Source: an uncultured Candidatus Actinomarina sp.
Lineage (GTDB): Bacteria > Actinomycetota > Acidimicrobiia > Actinomarinales > Actinomarinaceae
Assembly: GCA_902596545.1 (NCBI GenBank)
Contig: CACJUH010000001.1
Span: 70,858-134,857 of the forward strand
Direction: 5' to 3'
Length of the DNA stretch: 64,000 nt
The notes below the pieces were generated by a model. It was not told the origin of the DNA. It ran no database searches and worked only from the letters and a program-made list of their open reading frames with translations. A program made the translations under genes and the position numbers. Shown here one piece after another: positions 20,623 through 30,853 of this stretch. Position 1 is the first letter of the stretch; the number at the start of each line of letters is the position of its first letter.

Positions 20623-22419
20623 ATGTGTGGAATAATCGGGTATTCAGGCCCAAAAGAACCCTTACCAATTCTAATTAGTGGATTATCAAGATTAGAGTAC
20701 CGCGGATATGATTCTGCGGGAGTGGCTTTAATTGATGGAGATAACCTATCAATAGAAAAAAAAGAAGGAAAACTCAGTGTGCTTAAGGAGCATTTAGAAG
20801 GAACTTCAATAAAAGGAAACATTGGAATTGGTCATACAAGATGGGCAACACATGGAGTTCCGAGCGATGTTAATGCTCATCCTCATGCGGATAATGCTAA
20901 TGAATTTGCCATCATTCACAATGGAATTATTGAGAACTACGCTGAGTTAAAAGATGATTTAATTCAAGACAATTATAGCTTTATTTCGGAAACCGACACA
21001 GAGGTTGTTGCTGTTGAGTTGAGTAGAAAATGGAATGGTGAGTTGTTAGATACTGTTTTAGATGTAGCTAAATCACTTGATGGTACCTATGCTCTTGTTG
21101 TAACTTCAACAAAACAGCCAGGCACAATTGTAGCTGGAAGAATGATGAGTCCATTAGTTCTAGGTGTTGGTGAGGGGGAGGTCTTTTTAGCATCTGACTC
21201 TGCAGCAATTTTAGAATATACAAACAAAATGATATTTCTAGAGAATGGTGACTTTGTAGAAATTAATGATGGAAATTTTACTTTGTACGATATAGAAAAA
21301 AATGTAATAACAAGAGATATTCAAGTTATAGACTGGGAGGTCTCTGAAGCAGAAAAAGCTGGTCATGACCATTTCATGTATAAAGAAATACTTGAACAAG
21401 CAGAAGTAATTGAGAGAACAATTGCAGGAAGAATTGAAAAAAACTCAACAGAAATACCAATACATTTAGATAAAGCAAAAAAGTTTGAAAAGATATGGAT
21501 TGTTGCTTGCGGTACTGCTTATCATGCTGGTTTATTTGGTAAAGATTTATTTGAAAAAGTTCTTGGAGTTCCTGTAAGTGTTGAACTTGCTTCTGAGTTT
21601 AGATATCGAGAGCCAATAATAGGCAAAAATGATCTTGCTATTGTTATATCTCAGTCTGGTGAAACTATGGATACAATCGCAGCAACAGAATTACTAAAAG
21701 AAAATGGATCTCACGTATTAGCTTTAGTAAATGTTGTTGGGAGCTCACTTGCAAGAATGGCAGATAGTGTATTTTATCTTCACGTTGGTCCAGAAATTGG
21801 TGTGGCATCAACAAAAGCATACTTGGGAATGTTAGTTGGACAACTTTTGCTAGCAAAACATTGGGATTCAAATAATAAATTAGATACTTCACTTGAAGAG
21901 ATTAAGGCGCTTCCTTCTTTAATCGAAGAAGCGTTAAAGTGTGAAGATCAAGTAAAACAGATATCAAAACTAATTTATAAGAAGAAAGATATTTATTTTA
22001 TAGGTAGAGGCTTAGATTATGCTTTGGCTGCTGAAGGGGCATTAAAATTGAAAGAGATATCTTATCTTCATGCTGAAGCTCTTGCAGCAGGAGAACTTAA
22101 GCATGGAACACTTGCACTTATTGAAGAAGGAACTCCAGTGATAGTCACCGCTAGTCAAAGACATTTATTAGATAAAACAACTAGCAATGTACAAGAGGTA
22201 ATTGCTAGAGGAGCGTATGTTATAGCAGTTGGAGATGTTTCATCTAAGAAATTAAAAGACATATCAAATAATTACATTGCACTTCCTGAAACAAGTGAAA
22301 TGCTGTCGACTATTATATCGATTATCCCTCTACAGTTTATTGCTTATCATGTAGCTAATTTAAATGGCGAGTCAATTGACCAGCCCAGAAATTTAGCTAA
22401 ATCTGTAACTGTTGAATAA
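20623..22419 (+). CDS. glmS: Glutamine--fructose-6-phosphate aminotransferase
   Basis: 598 aa, MCGIIGY N-terminal nucleophile, two SIS domains. Confidence 0.95.
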   Translation: MCGIIGYSGPKEPLPILISGLSRLEYRGYDSAGVALIDGDNLSIEKKEGKLSVLKEHLEGTSIKGNIGIGHTRWATHGVPSDVNAHPHADNANEFAIIHNGIIENYAELKDDLIQDNYSFISETDTEVVAVELSRKWNGELLDTVLDVAKSLDGTYALVVTSTKQPGTIVAGRMMSPLVLGVGEGEVFLASDSAAILEYTNKMIFLENGDFVEINDGNFTLYDIEKNVITRDIQVIDWEVSEAEKAGHDHFMYKEILEQAEVIERTIAGRIEKNSTEIPIHLDKAKKFEKIWIVACGTAYHAGLFGKDLFEKVLGVPVSVELASEFRYREPIIGKNDLAIVISQSGETMDTIAATELLKENGSHVLALVNVVGSSLARMADSVFYLHVGPEIGVASTKAYLGMLVGQLLLAKHWDSNNKLDTSLEEIKALPSLIEEALKCEDQVKQISKLIYKKKDIYFIGRGLDYALAAEGALKLKEISYLHAEALAAGELKHGTLALIEEGTPVIVTASQRHLLDKTTSNVQEVIARGAYVIAVGDVSSKKLKDISNNYIALPETSEMLSTIISIIPLQFIAYHVANLNGESIDQPRNLAKSVTVE

Positions 22420-22438
22420 ATAAAGGAGCTTGCTTGTC

Positions 22439-22597
22439 ATGGATAAAAAAATTAAAAATACCGGAAGCATGATTGGTGTTGGTACAGCTATAGGAGCAGC
22501 AGTTTTTGCTGCTACAAACGAACCTACCTGGTTAGCTGTAGGTGTTGCATTAGGAGCAGCACTCAGTTGGAGAAAACCACAAAATAAAAATGAATAA
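22439..22597 (+). CDS. Small hydrophobic peptide, 52 aa, 2-TM hairpin
   Basis: AAGGAG ribosome-binding site 7 nt upstream. MDKKIKNTGSMIGVGTAIGAAVFAATNEPTWLAVGVALGAALSWRKPQNKNE. Not in the ORF track because it is under 60 aa. Confidence 0.45.
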   Translation: MDKKIKNTGSMIGVGTAIGAAVFAATNEPTWLAVGVALGAALSWRKPQNKNE

Positions 22598-22763
22598 TGA
22601 ATCAACGAATTCTAATAATGCTGGAAATTTGATTGGTATTTGGATAGCAATGGGAGTTGCAGTTTTTGGATGGCTTTTTGTAAATTTATCTCCTTGGATA
22701 GCAGCAGGTTTTGCAATTAGTGCAGTGCTTACATACAAAATACCAAAAGGATTTAGATCTTAA
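22590..22763 (+). CDS. Small hydrophobic peptide, 57 aa, paralog of the preceding one
   Basis: MNNESTNSNNAGNLIGIWIAMGVAVFGWLFVNLSPWIAAGFAISAVLTYKIPKGFRS. Shares the pattern IG.G.A.G.AVF...W.A.G.A...A.L..+.P with the upstream peptide. Overlaps it by 8 nt. Confidence 0.45.
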   Translation: MNNESTNSNNAGNLIGIWIAMGVAVFGWLFVNLSPWIAAGFAISAVLTYKIPKGFRS

Positions 22764-22804
22764 AAAATTAACTTTTATAATTTGCAATTCTATTAGACAT
22801 TAGA

Positions 22805-23893
22805 ATGAAACAGATGGACAGAGGATACATTTTCGTAAATAAATCTCACTTAGTCAGCAATTTGAATTACTTAAGTGACCTTACAAAAAAAGAGTTGTGT
22901 CTGGTTGTGAAAGCAAATGCCTATGGACATGGTATTCAATGGACTGTAAAAACAGCTGAGGAGGCTGGAATTAGTTGGTTTGCTGTAGCATCTGTAAATG
23001 AAGCAATTCAAGTTAGGAATATTTCAAAAGGTGCCAGGATACTTTTATTAGCCGAACCTTCAAAATCTCAAATAAAAAATGTTTTAAAAAACGAAATAGA
23101 TTTGACCGTTTACAATGAAGAATTTATTGATGAATTAATTAATGTCGAAGGAAACCTCAATGTGCACTTAAAAGTTGACACTGGCATGCATCGCATAGGT
23201 TGTGAACCAGAAAATTTTGATAAATTAATGGAAAAAATTCAAACATCATCATTAAATTTAGTTGGAATTTGCACACATTTTCCAACTGCTGATACTGATG
23301 AACAATACACACAAAATGCTTTAAATTTGTTTAAAGCATTAATTAGTGGACACGATACTGATGGCTTATTACTACATGTAGACAATTCAGCCTCTAGTTT
23401 TTACAATTCTGATGATTCATTCAACATGACAAGAATTGGTTTAGCAGCATATGGTACACAAATTTCAATAAAAAATTATGATCACAATTTGATGCCAACA
23501 ATGGAAATTAAAACAAGAATCTCCAACTTACAAAAAAGAAATAAAGGTGACGCTGTTTCCTATGGAAAATCTTTTGAGCTAGAAAGAGATTCGACAATTG
23601 CAACAGCTCCAATTGGTTATGGTGATGGATACCCTTGGAACTCTTTTCCTGATGGTCATGTTTTAGTAAATAACAAAATTTGTAAATTGATAGGCAGGGT
23701 AACTATGGACCAAATTTTAATTGATGTAACTGATATAAAGGTCAAAGTTGATGATGAAGTAACTGTCCTAGGTAAATCTGAAAATGGACAGCATGAAATA
23801 ACAGTTACTGACATTGCACAATGGAATAAAACTATTGAATGGGAAATATTAACTAATATGTCAAGAAGGCTTGAGAGAATAGAAATTGAGTAA
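22805..23893 (+). CDS. alr: Alanine racemase
   Basis: 362 aa, PLP-lysine motif VVKANAYGHG. Confidence 0.92.
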   Translation: MKQMDRGYIFVNKSHLVSNLNYLSDLTKKELCLVVKANAYGHGIQWTVKTAEEAGISWFAVASVNEAIQVRNISKGARILLLAEPSKSQIKNVLKNEIDLTVYNEEFIDELINVEGNLNVHLKVDTGMHRIGCEPENFDKLMEKIQTSSLNLVGICTHFPTADTDEQYTQNALNLFKALISGHDTDGLLLHVDNSASSFYNSDDSFNMTRIGLAAYGTQISIKNYDHNLMPTMEIKTRISNLQKRNKGDAVSYGKSFELERDSTIATAPIGYGDGYPWNSFPDGHVLVNNKICKLIGRVTMDQILIDVTDIKVKVDDEVTVLGKSENGQHEITVTDIAQWNKTIEWEILTNMSRRLERIEIE

Positions 23894-24293
23894 TTTAGTA
23901 AAAGAAGAAGACTTGGATATTTTTTTGGATGACTATTTTAAAACTTTACACTTACCCAAAACAATTGGTTTATCAGGGCCTTTAGGTGCTGGAAAGACAA
24001 CGATTGCAAAAAAAGTAATAGAATATTTTGGATGTGAGGAAGTTGTAACATCACCGACATTTAATATTGTTAAAAATTATAAAGTCAAAGAAATTGACAT
24101 TTATCATGTTGATTTATATAGACTTTCAAGTTGGGCTGAGTTCATTGATTTAGATCTTCCTTTAAACAGTGAGAACTGTTTAGTTATTATTGAGTGGATT
24201 AATTTGATTCCAGAGAAAAATAATCTAAATATGGATATATTTGAAATTGAGATTATAGACGAACAAACAAGAAAGATAACAATTAATGTATAG
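23886..24293 (+). CDS. tsaE: tRNA t6A biosynthesis ATPase TsaE
   Basis: 135 aa, GPLGAGKTT Walker A, YjeE-like. Confidence 0.85.
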   Translation: MSNLVKEEDLDIFLDDYFKTLHLPKTIGLSGPLGAGKTTIAKKVIEYFGCEEVVTSPTFNIVKNYKVKEIDIYHVDLYRLSSWAEFIDLDLPLNSENCLVIIEWINLIPEKNNLNMDIFEIEIIDEQTRKITINV

Positions 24294-24990
24294 CCTATCA
24301 ATATCTACTTCCGGAAAATATATTTCTGTAGCTTTATTTAGTGATAAATTAATCTCAAGCAGTTCTGTTTTAGCTGAGAATGGAAATACGAATTTACTAA
24401 TGAATTCAATTGATGAATTAACCTTAAAATCAAATATAAAGAAGTCAGATATTAATGTAATTTATCTTGATACAGGTCCAGGTTTTTATACAAGTTTAAG
24501 AATTGGACTAGCTGTTTCGCAAGGAATATGTGCAACTCTAGGGATACCACTTATATCAGTGAATGGTCTAGATGCTTTGGCTTTTGCTGCTCATACAGGT
24601 CATAGAAAAATTTGTTCAATTATTGACATTAAAAGAGATGAATATGCATTTTGTACATACAAACCTGTACCAGGTGGAGTAGTCAGAGAAAGTGAACCGG
24701 AAGTCTTAAACGAAAATACATTAAAACAAAAACTGAACGAGGATAATGAAAAGAAGTTAATAGTTGGCGATTGGAATGAACTTAATGAAAAAATTATTGG
24801 AGACTCAAGCTATCTAAAGTTTGGTTCTCCAGAATACGTCTCGGCAGAACACATTTATAACGTCGGTAAAGAAATATATAAAAATAGTGATTTTCCAAAT
24901 TTTAATGAAGTAAGAATTTCATACATGAGAGAACCTGATATTTCTTTCTCAAATAAGAGCTTAGAAAGTGAGATTAATTTTCATGATTAA
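24286..24990 (+). CDS. tsaB: tRNA t6A biosynthesis protein TsaB
   Basis: 234 aa, YeaZ-like (LDTGPGFYTSLRIGLAVSQG). Confidence 0.85.
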   Translation: MYSLSISTSGKYISVALFSDKLISSSSVLAENGNTNLLMNSIDELTLKSNIKKSDINVIYLDTGPGFYTSLRIGLAVSQGICATLGIPLISVNGLDALAFAAHTGHRKICSIIDIKRDEYAFCTYKPVPGGVVRESEPEVLNENTLKQKLNEDNEKKLIVGDWNELNEKIIGDSSYLKFGSPEYVSAEHIYNVGKEIYKNSDFPNFNEVRISYMREPDISFSNKSLESEINFHD

Positions 24991-25426
24991 GAAAATAAGC
25001 TATTGCAATACGGATATGGCTCAACAGTTGGCAGACTTAGAAAAAGAGATATTTGGTACTGCATGGAATAACGAGCTAATAAAGCAAAAAATAAACAATG
25101 ATGAGTTCCTCTATTGGGTTTATGAAATTAATAGCAAAATAGTTGGTTATTTGGCTATCCAAAAAAATTTTAAAGAGTTACATATTTTGGGTATAGGCGT
25201 AAAAGAGATATTTAGAAATCAGTCCATTGCTAAGAAATTAACAATCGAATTGATTGATTATTTTGAAGAATCTAAATATGAACAAATATTACTTGAAGTA
25301 AGAGTTTCGAACTCTGTTGCTATAAATATGTATGAATCTTTTGGATTCAAACATTATGGGATTAGAGAAAAATATTATAAAAATGAGGATGCTAATTTAT
25401 TTCGATTGGAGAAAACCTATGTCTAA
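24983..25426 (+). CDS. rimI: Ribosomal-protein-alanine N-acetyltransferase (GNAT)
   Basis: GNAT acetyl-CoA binding fold. Canonical tsaE-tsaB-rimI-tsaD cluster. Start trimmed to ATG 24983. Confidence 0.8.
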   Translation: MIKKISYCNTDMAQQLADLEKEIFGTAWNNELIKQKINNDEFLYWVYEINSKIVGYLAIQKNFKELHILGIGVKEIFRNQSIAKKLTIELIDYFEESKYEQILLEVRVSNSVAINMYESFGFKHYGIREKYYKNEDANLFRLEKTYV

Positions 25427-26420
25427 AGACAAAGTTATTTTAGGTTTTGAAACGTCTTGTGATGAAACAGCAATTGCAATAATGAGAGGTGAAGAGTTAT
25501 TGGTAAATACAATTTCTTCACAGGTTGATATACACGAAAAATTTGGTGGAGTGGTACCCGAGGTAGCATCAAGAGCGCATGCTGAAATGATTAGAAATAT
25601 TTTTCATTCATCCTTAAATAGTGCAAATTTACAAATTTCTGATATTGATTCAGTTGCTACAACTGATGGACCTGGTTTGGTTGGAAGTTTGGTTGTCGGT
25701 TATAATTTTGCAAAATCAATAGCTTGGTCTATTGACAAACCTCTATACACGGTTGATCACATGGTAGGACATTTAGCAGCTCCATTAATTGAAAACCCAA
25801 ATATGGAACCTCCATTTTTAACTTTATTAGTATCTGGTGGCCATACACAAATCGTTCTTGTTGAAAAGTGGGGAGATTACAAATTAATGGGAACAACTAT
25901 TGATGATGCTGCTGGTGAAGCTTTTGACAAGCTTTCTAGGTTCTGTGGTTTTGGCTTTCCAGGCGGTCCAGCAATTCAACGAATTGCAGAAAGTGGAAAT
26001 CCGTCAAAAATTAATTTACCTAGACCAAAAACTAAGCATGAATATAACTATTCATTTTCAGGTTTAAAAACTGCTGCTACAAATTTTCTAAAAAACATAG
26101 ACCCAGATGACAAAATTACTAGAGCAGATTTCGCAGCTTCTTATCAAGAGGCAATTGTCGACTCTCTTATGATAAATTTCACAAAAGCTGTAAAAGAAAC
26201 TGGTGTAAAAAATATATCAGGTGGAGGCGGAGTTATGGCAAATTCAAGACTAAGAGAAAAAATGAATATATTAGCAAATGATAATAATCTAGAAATATTT
26301 TTACCTTCACCAAGGCTTTCTACTGATAATGCAGCGATGATATGTGTTGCTGCTCAAAATGACTTAATTACCAATGATTTAAAAGAAAACGATGTTAGAT
26401 TAAGTTCAATAATTAAATAA
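25419..26420 (+). CDS. tsaD: tRNA N6-adenosine threonylcarbamoyltransferase TsaD
   Basis: Trimmed to MSKDKVILGFETSCDETAIAI. Kae1/TsaD family with metal-binding His pair (HMVGHL). Confidence 0.92.
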   Translation: MSKDKVILGFETSCDETAIAIMRGEELLVNTISSQVDIHEKFGGVVPEVASRAHAEMIRNIFHSSLNSANLQISDIDSVATTDGPGLVGSLVVGYNFAKSIAWSIDKPLYTVDHMVGHLAAPLIENPNMEPPFLTLLVSGGHTQIVLVEKWGDYKLMGTTIDDAAGEAFDKLSRFCGFGFPGGPAIQRIAESGNPSKINLPRPKTKHEYNYSFSGLKTAATNFLKNIDPDDKITRADFAASYQEAIVDSLMINFTKAVKETGVKNISGGGGVMANSRLREKMNILANDNNLEIFLPSPRLSTDNAAMICVAAQNDLITNDLKENDVRLSSIIK

Positions 26421-26499
26421 TTTAAAGAATTTATTTACATATATAAACAAGACTATATTAAATTCACAATGTAGATATTTATTTAGGAGGTAAATATAT

Positions 26500-26793
26500 A
26501 TGAATCTTCAACCACTAGGAGACAGGGTTATAGTAAAACCTTTGTCAGAAGAAGATAGTAAAACCCCATCAGGGATTTATATTCCTGACACTGCTAAGGA
26601 AAAACCTCAAGAAGGTGAAGTTGTAGCAGTTGGCCCCGGGGAGCCGAATGAATCAGGCAAAATGGTAAAACCAGATGTTGATAAAGGCGACAAAGTAGTC
26701 TATTCAAAATATGGCGGCACAGAAATTAAAATTGAAGGTACAGAATATCTTATTCTTTCAAGTAGAGATATTCTTGCAAAAGTAAGTAAGTAA
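26500..26793 (+). CDS. groES: Co-chaperonin GroES
   Basis: 97 aa, [14 protein letters not shown]. Confidence 0.95.
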   Translation: MNLQPLGDRVIVKPLSEEDSKTPSGIYIPDTAKEKPQEGEVVAVGPGEPNESGKMVKPDVDKGDKVVYSKYGGTEIKIEGTEYLILSSRDILAKVSK

Positions 26794-28434
<1,641 letters not shown>

Positions 28435-28458
28435 CCAAGTTACATTCTAGACTTTAAA

Positions 28459-28488
28459 AAAGAGTGGACATTGTTCCACTCTTTTTAT
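28459..28488 (+). terminator. Rho-independent terminator after groEL
   Basis: agagtgga-cattgt-tccactct hairpin followed by TTTTTAT. Confidence 0.7.
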
Positions 28489-28504
28489 ATAGTAAACAAA
28501 TATT

Positions 28505-28849
28505 ATGAAAAGCATACGTGGAGCAATCGCAGTTGTAGAAAATACGGATGAAGGCATTGTTAATGCTTCAAAATCTTTAATAAATTCAATAATGAATGTA
28601 AATAGCTTAAAAGAAGAAGATATTGTCTTTGCTTTGTTTACAGTAACAAAAGATTTAACTACTGCATTTCCTGCAAAAGCTTTTCGAGAGTTAGGAATGA
28701 TGTCAATTCCAGCATTGGATGCAAAAGCACCAGAAATTCAGAACGATTTAGATGGCTGTATAAGGATATTAGTTACTGTAAACAATGATATTAAAGATAT
28801 ACAACATGTTTATTTACAGGATGCAAAGAAACTACGACCAGATAGATAA
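28505..28849 (+). CDS. aroH: Monofunctional chorismate mutase, AroH class
   Basis: 114 aa, similar throughout to B. subtilis AroH (SIRGAIAV, AFPAKAFREL, CIRILVTV, HVYLQDAKKLRPD). Confidence 0.8.
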   Translation: MKSIRGAIAVVENTDEGIVNASKSLINSIMNVNSLKEEDIVFALFTVTKDLTTAFPAKAFRELGMMSIPALDAKAPEIQNDLDGCIRILVTVNNDIKDIQHVYLQDAKKLRPDR

Positions 28850-28879
28850 AAAATTATTTGTAAAACAAAATACTCTGCT

Positions 28880-28936
28880 ATGATATTTCTAATGAAGTTA
28901 AACAACACATACTTTTACTTTAGAGAGCACATATAG
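28880..28936 (+). CDS. Candidate attenuation leader peptide rich in Tyr/Phe codons
   Basis: MIFLMKLNNTYFYFREHI*, with tandem TAC-TTT-TAC-TTT codons at 28910-28921. An alternative start is ATG 28892 (MKLNNTYFYFREHI), which may be leaderless. Confidence 0.5.
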   Translation: MIFLMKLNNTYFYFREHI

Positions 28937-28937
28937 G

Positions 28938-28988
28938 TTGCCCTAAAGTATGTTGTGTGAAATCGGGCAAAGGCCCGATTTTTTTTTA
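28938..28988 (+). promoter_or_regulatory. Attenuator: antiterminator/terminator alternative structures upstream of the DAHP synthase gene
   Basis: Terminator atcgggc-aaag-gcccgat plus T9 at 28962-28988. Segment ttgccc (28938-43) is complementary to gggcaa (28965-70) in the terminator's left arm. acatacttt (28907-15, inside the YFYF codons) is complementary to aaagtatgt (28945-53). Confidence 0.55.
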
Positions 28989-28999
28989 TAGGAGGAAAA

Positions 29000-30013
29000 T
29001 TGATAGTAGTAATGAATCAATCTTCAACAGAAGAAGATATAGAAAAGGTAAAAGAAAAAGCAATACAGCAAGGTCATGAGCCTTTAGTTATCTATGGTGT
29101 TGAGAGAAGCGTCGTAGCTGTAAGTGGAAAGGTAAACGATGACCATAGAGCAGTTATGAAGCTACTGCCAAATGTTAGTCGTGTAATACCTGTTGGAAAA
29201 CCATATAAACTTGCTAGTAGAAATTATCAAAAAGATGATTCAGTTATAGCTATCAAAAATTTATCAATTGGTGGTCAACAATTAGCAATAATTGCAGGTC
29301 CAGATAGTGCTGAGACACAAGAACAAACAATAGAAACTGCATTAGCTGCAAAAGAGGCAGGTTCAAATGGTTTAAGGGGTGGTGCCTTTAAGCCCAGAAC
29401 GTCACCTTACAGTTTTCAAGGACTTGGAGAAGACGGACTTAAGATGCTAAAGGAAGCCTCCGAAATAACTTCATTACCTTTGTTTAGCGAAATAATGGAT
29501 GCTCAACATTTATCTATGATGGAAAAGTATGTAGACGTTCTTCAAGTGGGAGCAAGAAATATGCAAAATTTTAAATTACTTGAAGCAGTAGGTGAATCAC
29601 ACTTACCAGTTCTTTTAAAAAGAGGACTATCTGCAACTCTGGATGAGCTTCTGTTGGCTAGTGAATATATTCTTTCTAGGGGAAACGAAAATGTCATGCT
29701 TTGCGAGCGAGGCATAAGAACCTATGAGACAGCTACTAGAAATACATTTGATATAAATGCAATACCTTATCTAAAGCAAAACAGCCATCTTCCTATTATT
29801 GCAGATCCAAGTCATGCAACCGGCGATAATAAGCTTGTTGAACCAGTAGCTTTAGCAGCTATAGCTGCTGGAGCAGATGGTTTATTGATTGAGATTCATC
29901 CAAGGCCTGATGAAGCTCTGTGTGATGGTCCTCAAGCATTATTACCAAATGAATTAAAAACCTTAATTGATAAAACATCAATTGTTGCAAAGGCGGTAGG
30001 AAGGTCAGTCTAA
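29000..30013 (+). CDS. 3-deoxy-7-phosphoheptulonate (DAHP) synthase, type I-beta (KDO8PS-like) with an N-terminal regulatory domain
   Basis: 337 aa, KPRTSPYSFQG motif, similar to T. maritima and B. subtilis AroA(G)-type DAHPS. Apparent TTG start 4 nt after AGGAGG. Confidence 0.85.
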   Translation: MIVVMNQSSTEEDIEKVKEKAIQQGHEPLVIYGVERSVVAVSGKVNDDHRAVMKLLPNVSRVIPVGKPYKLASRNYQKDDSVIAIKNLSIGGQQLAIIAGPDSAETQEQTIETALAAKEAGSNGLRGGAFKPRTSPYSFQGLGEDGLKMLKEASEITSLPLFSEIMDAQHLSMMEKYVDVLQVGARNMQNFKLLEAVGESHLPVLLKRGLSATLDELLLASEYILSRGNENVMLCERGIRTYETATRNTFDINAIPYLKQNSHLPIIADPSHATGDNKLVEPVALAAIAAGADGLLIEIHPRPDEALCDGPQALLPNELKTLIDKTSIVAKAVGRSV

Positions 30014-30853
30014 ATGATTAATAAAGTTCACATAATTGGCATGGGTTTAATGGGTACCAACCTTGGTATTAAGCTTGTTGAAAAAGGATTACAGGTTAGT
30101 GGGGATGATACTTCGAAAAGCAATCTAGACAGAGCTAAAAAGTATGATGCAATAAATTTGAATCATAATCTTGATACAGAGTACGATTTAACAGTACTTG
30201 CAATGCCTATAAATGAAATTATCTCAAGTTTGAGAGATTCTAAGATTGAAATTAACTCGAAAGTTTTAATTGATCTTGGTGGAACGAAAGAAATTATTTG
30301 TAGACATATGGACGAAAGTAAAATTCCTTCCTTTGGTGGTCATCCACTATGTGGAATTGCTGATAACCAAACTTGGGACCCAACTCCAGAAATGTACAAT
30401 CAAGCTCCTTTTTTATTATGTGAAACAGAAAGTTCAACAAATGAAACAAAGAATATAGTAAGTAATTTTGTAGAACTAATAAATTCGAAACCAATTTGGA
30501 TAGATTCTAAAAAACACGATGAATTAATTTCCTTAACGAGTCACTTGCCGCATATATTAAGCTCTGCTCTTGTTTCTACAGCTATGCAAAAACACGAGAT
30601 GGATGAATTGCTAGATTTAGCTTCAGGAGGTTTTGACGGAGCAACAAGGTTATCAAGAACTTCTCCGAATATGATATCTGACATGTATTTAACAAACGAT
30701 TTGAACGTTAAAACTTTAATTAAGGAGTTAATCGAAGAATTAGAAAAGATTATCTTAATAGAAGATCAAGAATTAATGCTTAATTATCTATCTAAAACAG
30801 TTGACTGGCGTCGAGCATTGGCTGATAAATTTGGAGAAAGAAAATTAAAATGA
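30014..30853 (+). CDS. tyrA: Prephenate or arogenate dehydrogenase
   Basis: 279 aa, N-terminal GMGLMG Rossmann motif, conserved catalytic His region (HPLCG). Confidence 0.82.
   Translation: MINKVHIIGMGLMGTNLGIKLVEKGLQVSGDDTSKSNLDRAKKYDAINLNHNLDTEYDLTVLAMPINEIISSLRDSKIEINSKVLIDLGGTKEIICRHMDESKIPSFGGHPLCGIADNQTWDPTPEMYNQAPFLLCETESSTNETKNIVSNFVELINSKPIWIDSKKHDELISLTSHLPHILSSALVSTAMQKHEMDELLDLASGGFDGATRLSRTSPNMISDMYLTNDLNVKTLIKELIEELEKIILIEDQELMLNYLSKTVDWRRALADKFGERKLK

Noticed and set aside
22393-22738. Minus-strand ORFs 22393..22605 and 22550..22738 in the glmS-alr spacer
   Set aside because: They are antisense to two forward ORFs that have a strong AAGGAG ribosome-binding site, a tandem paralogous sequence pattern and membrane-peptide character. 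The minus-strand translations are low-complexity and lack a ribosome-binding site.
28898-28960. Considered a T-box or other riboswitch upstream of the aro operon
   Set aside because: There is no specifier-loop / T-box (AGGGUGGNACCGCG) consensus. The region is too short, and a leader-peptide attenuator explains the terminator better.
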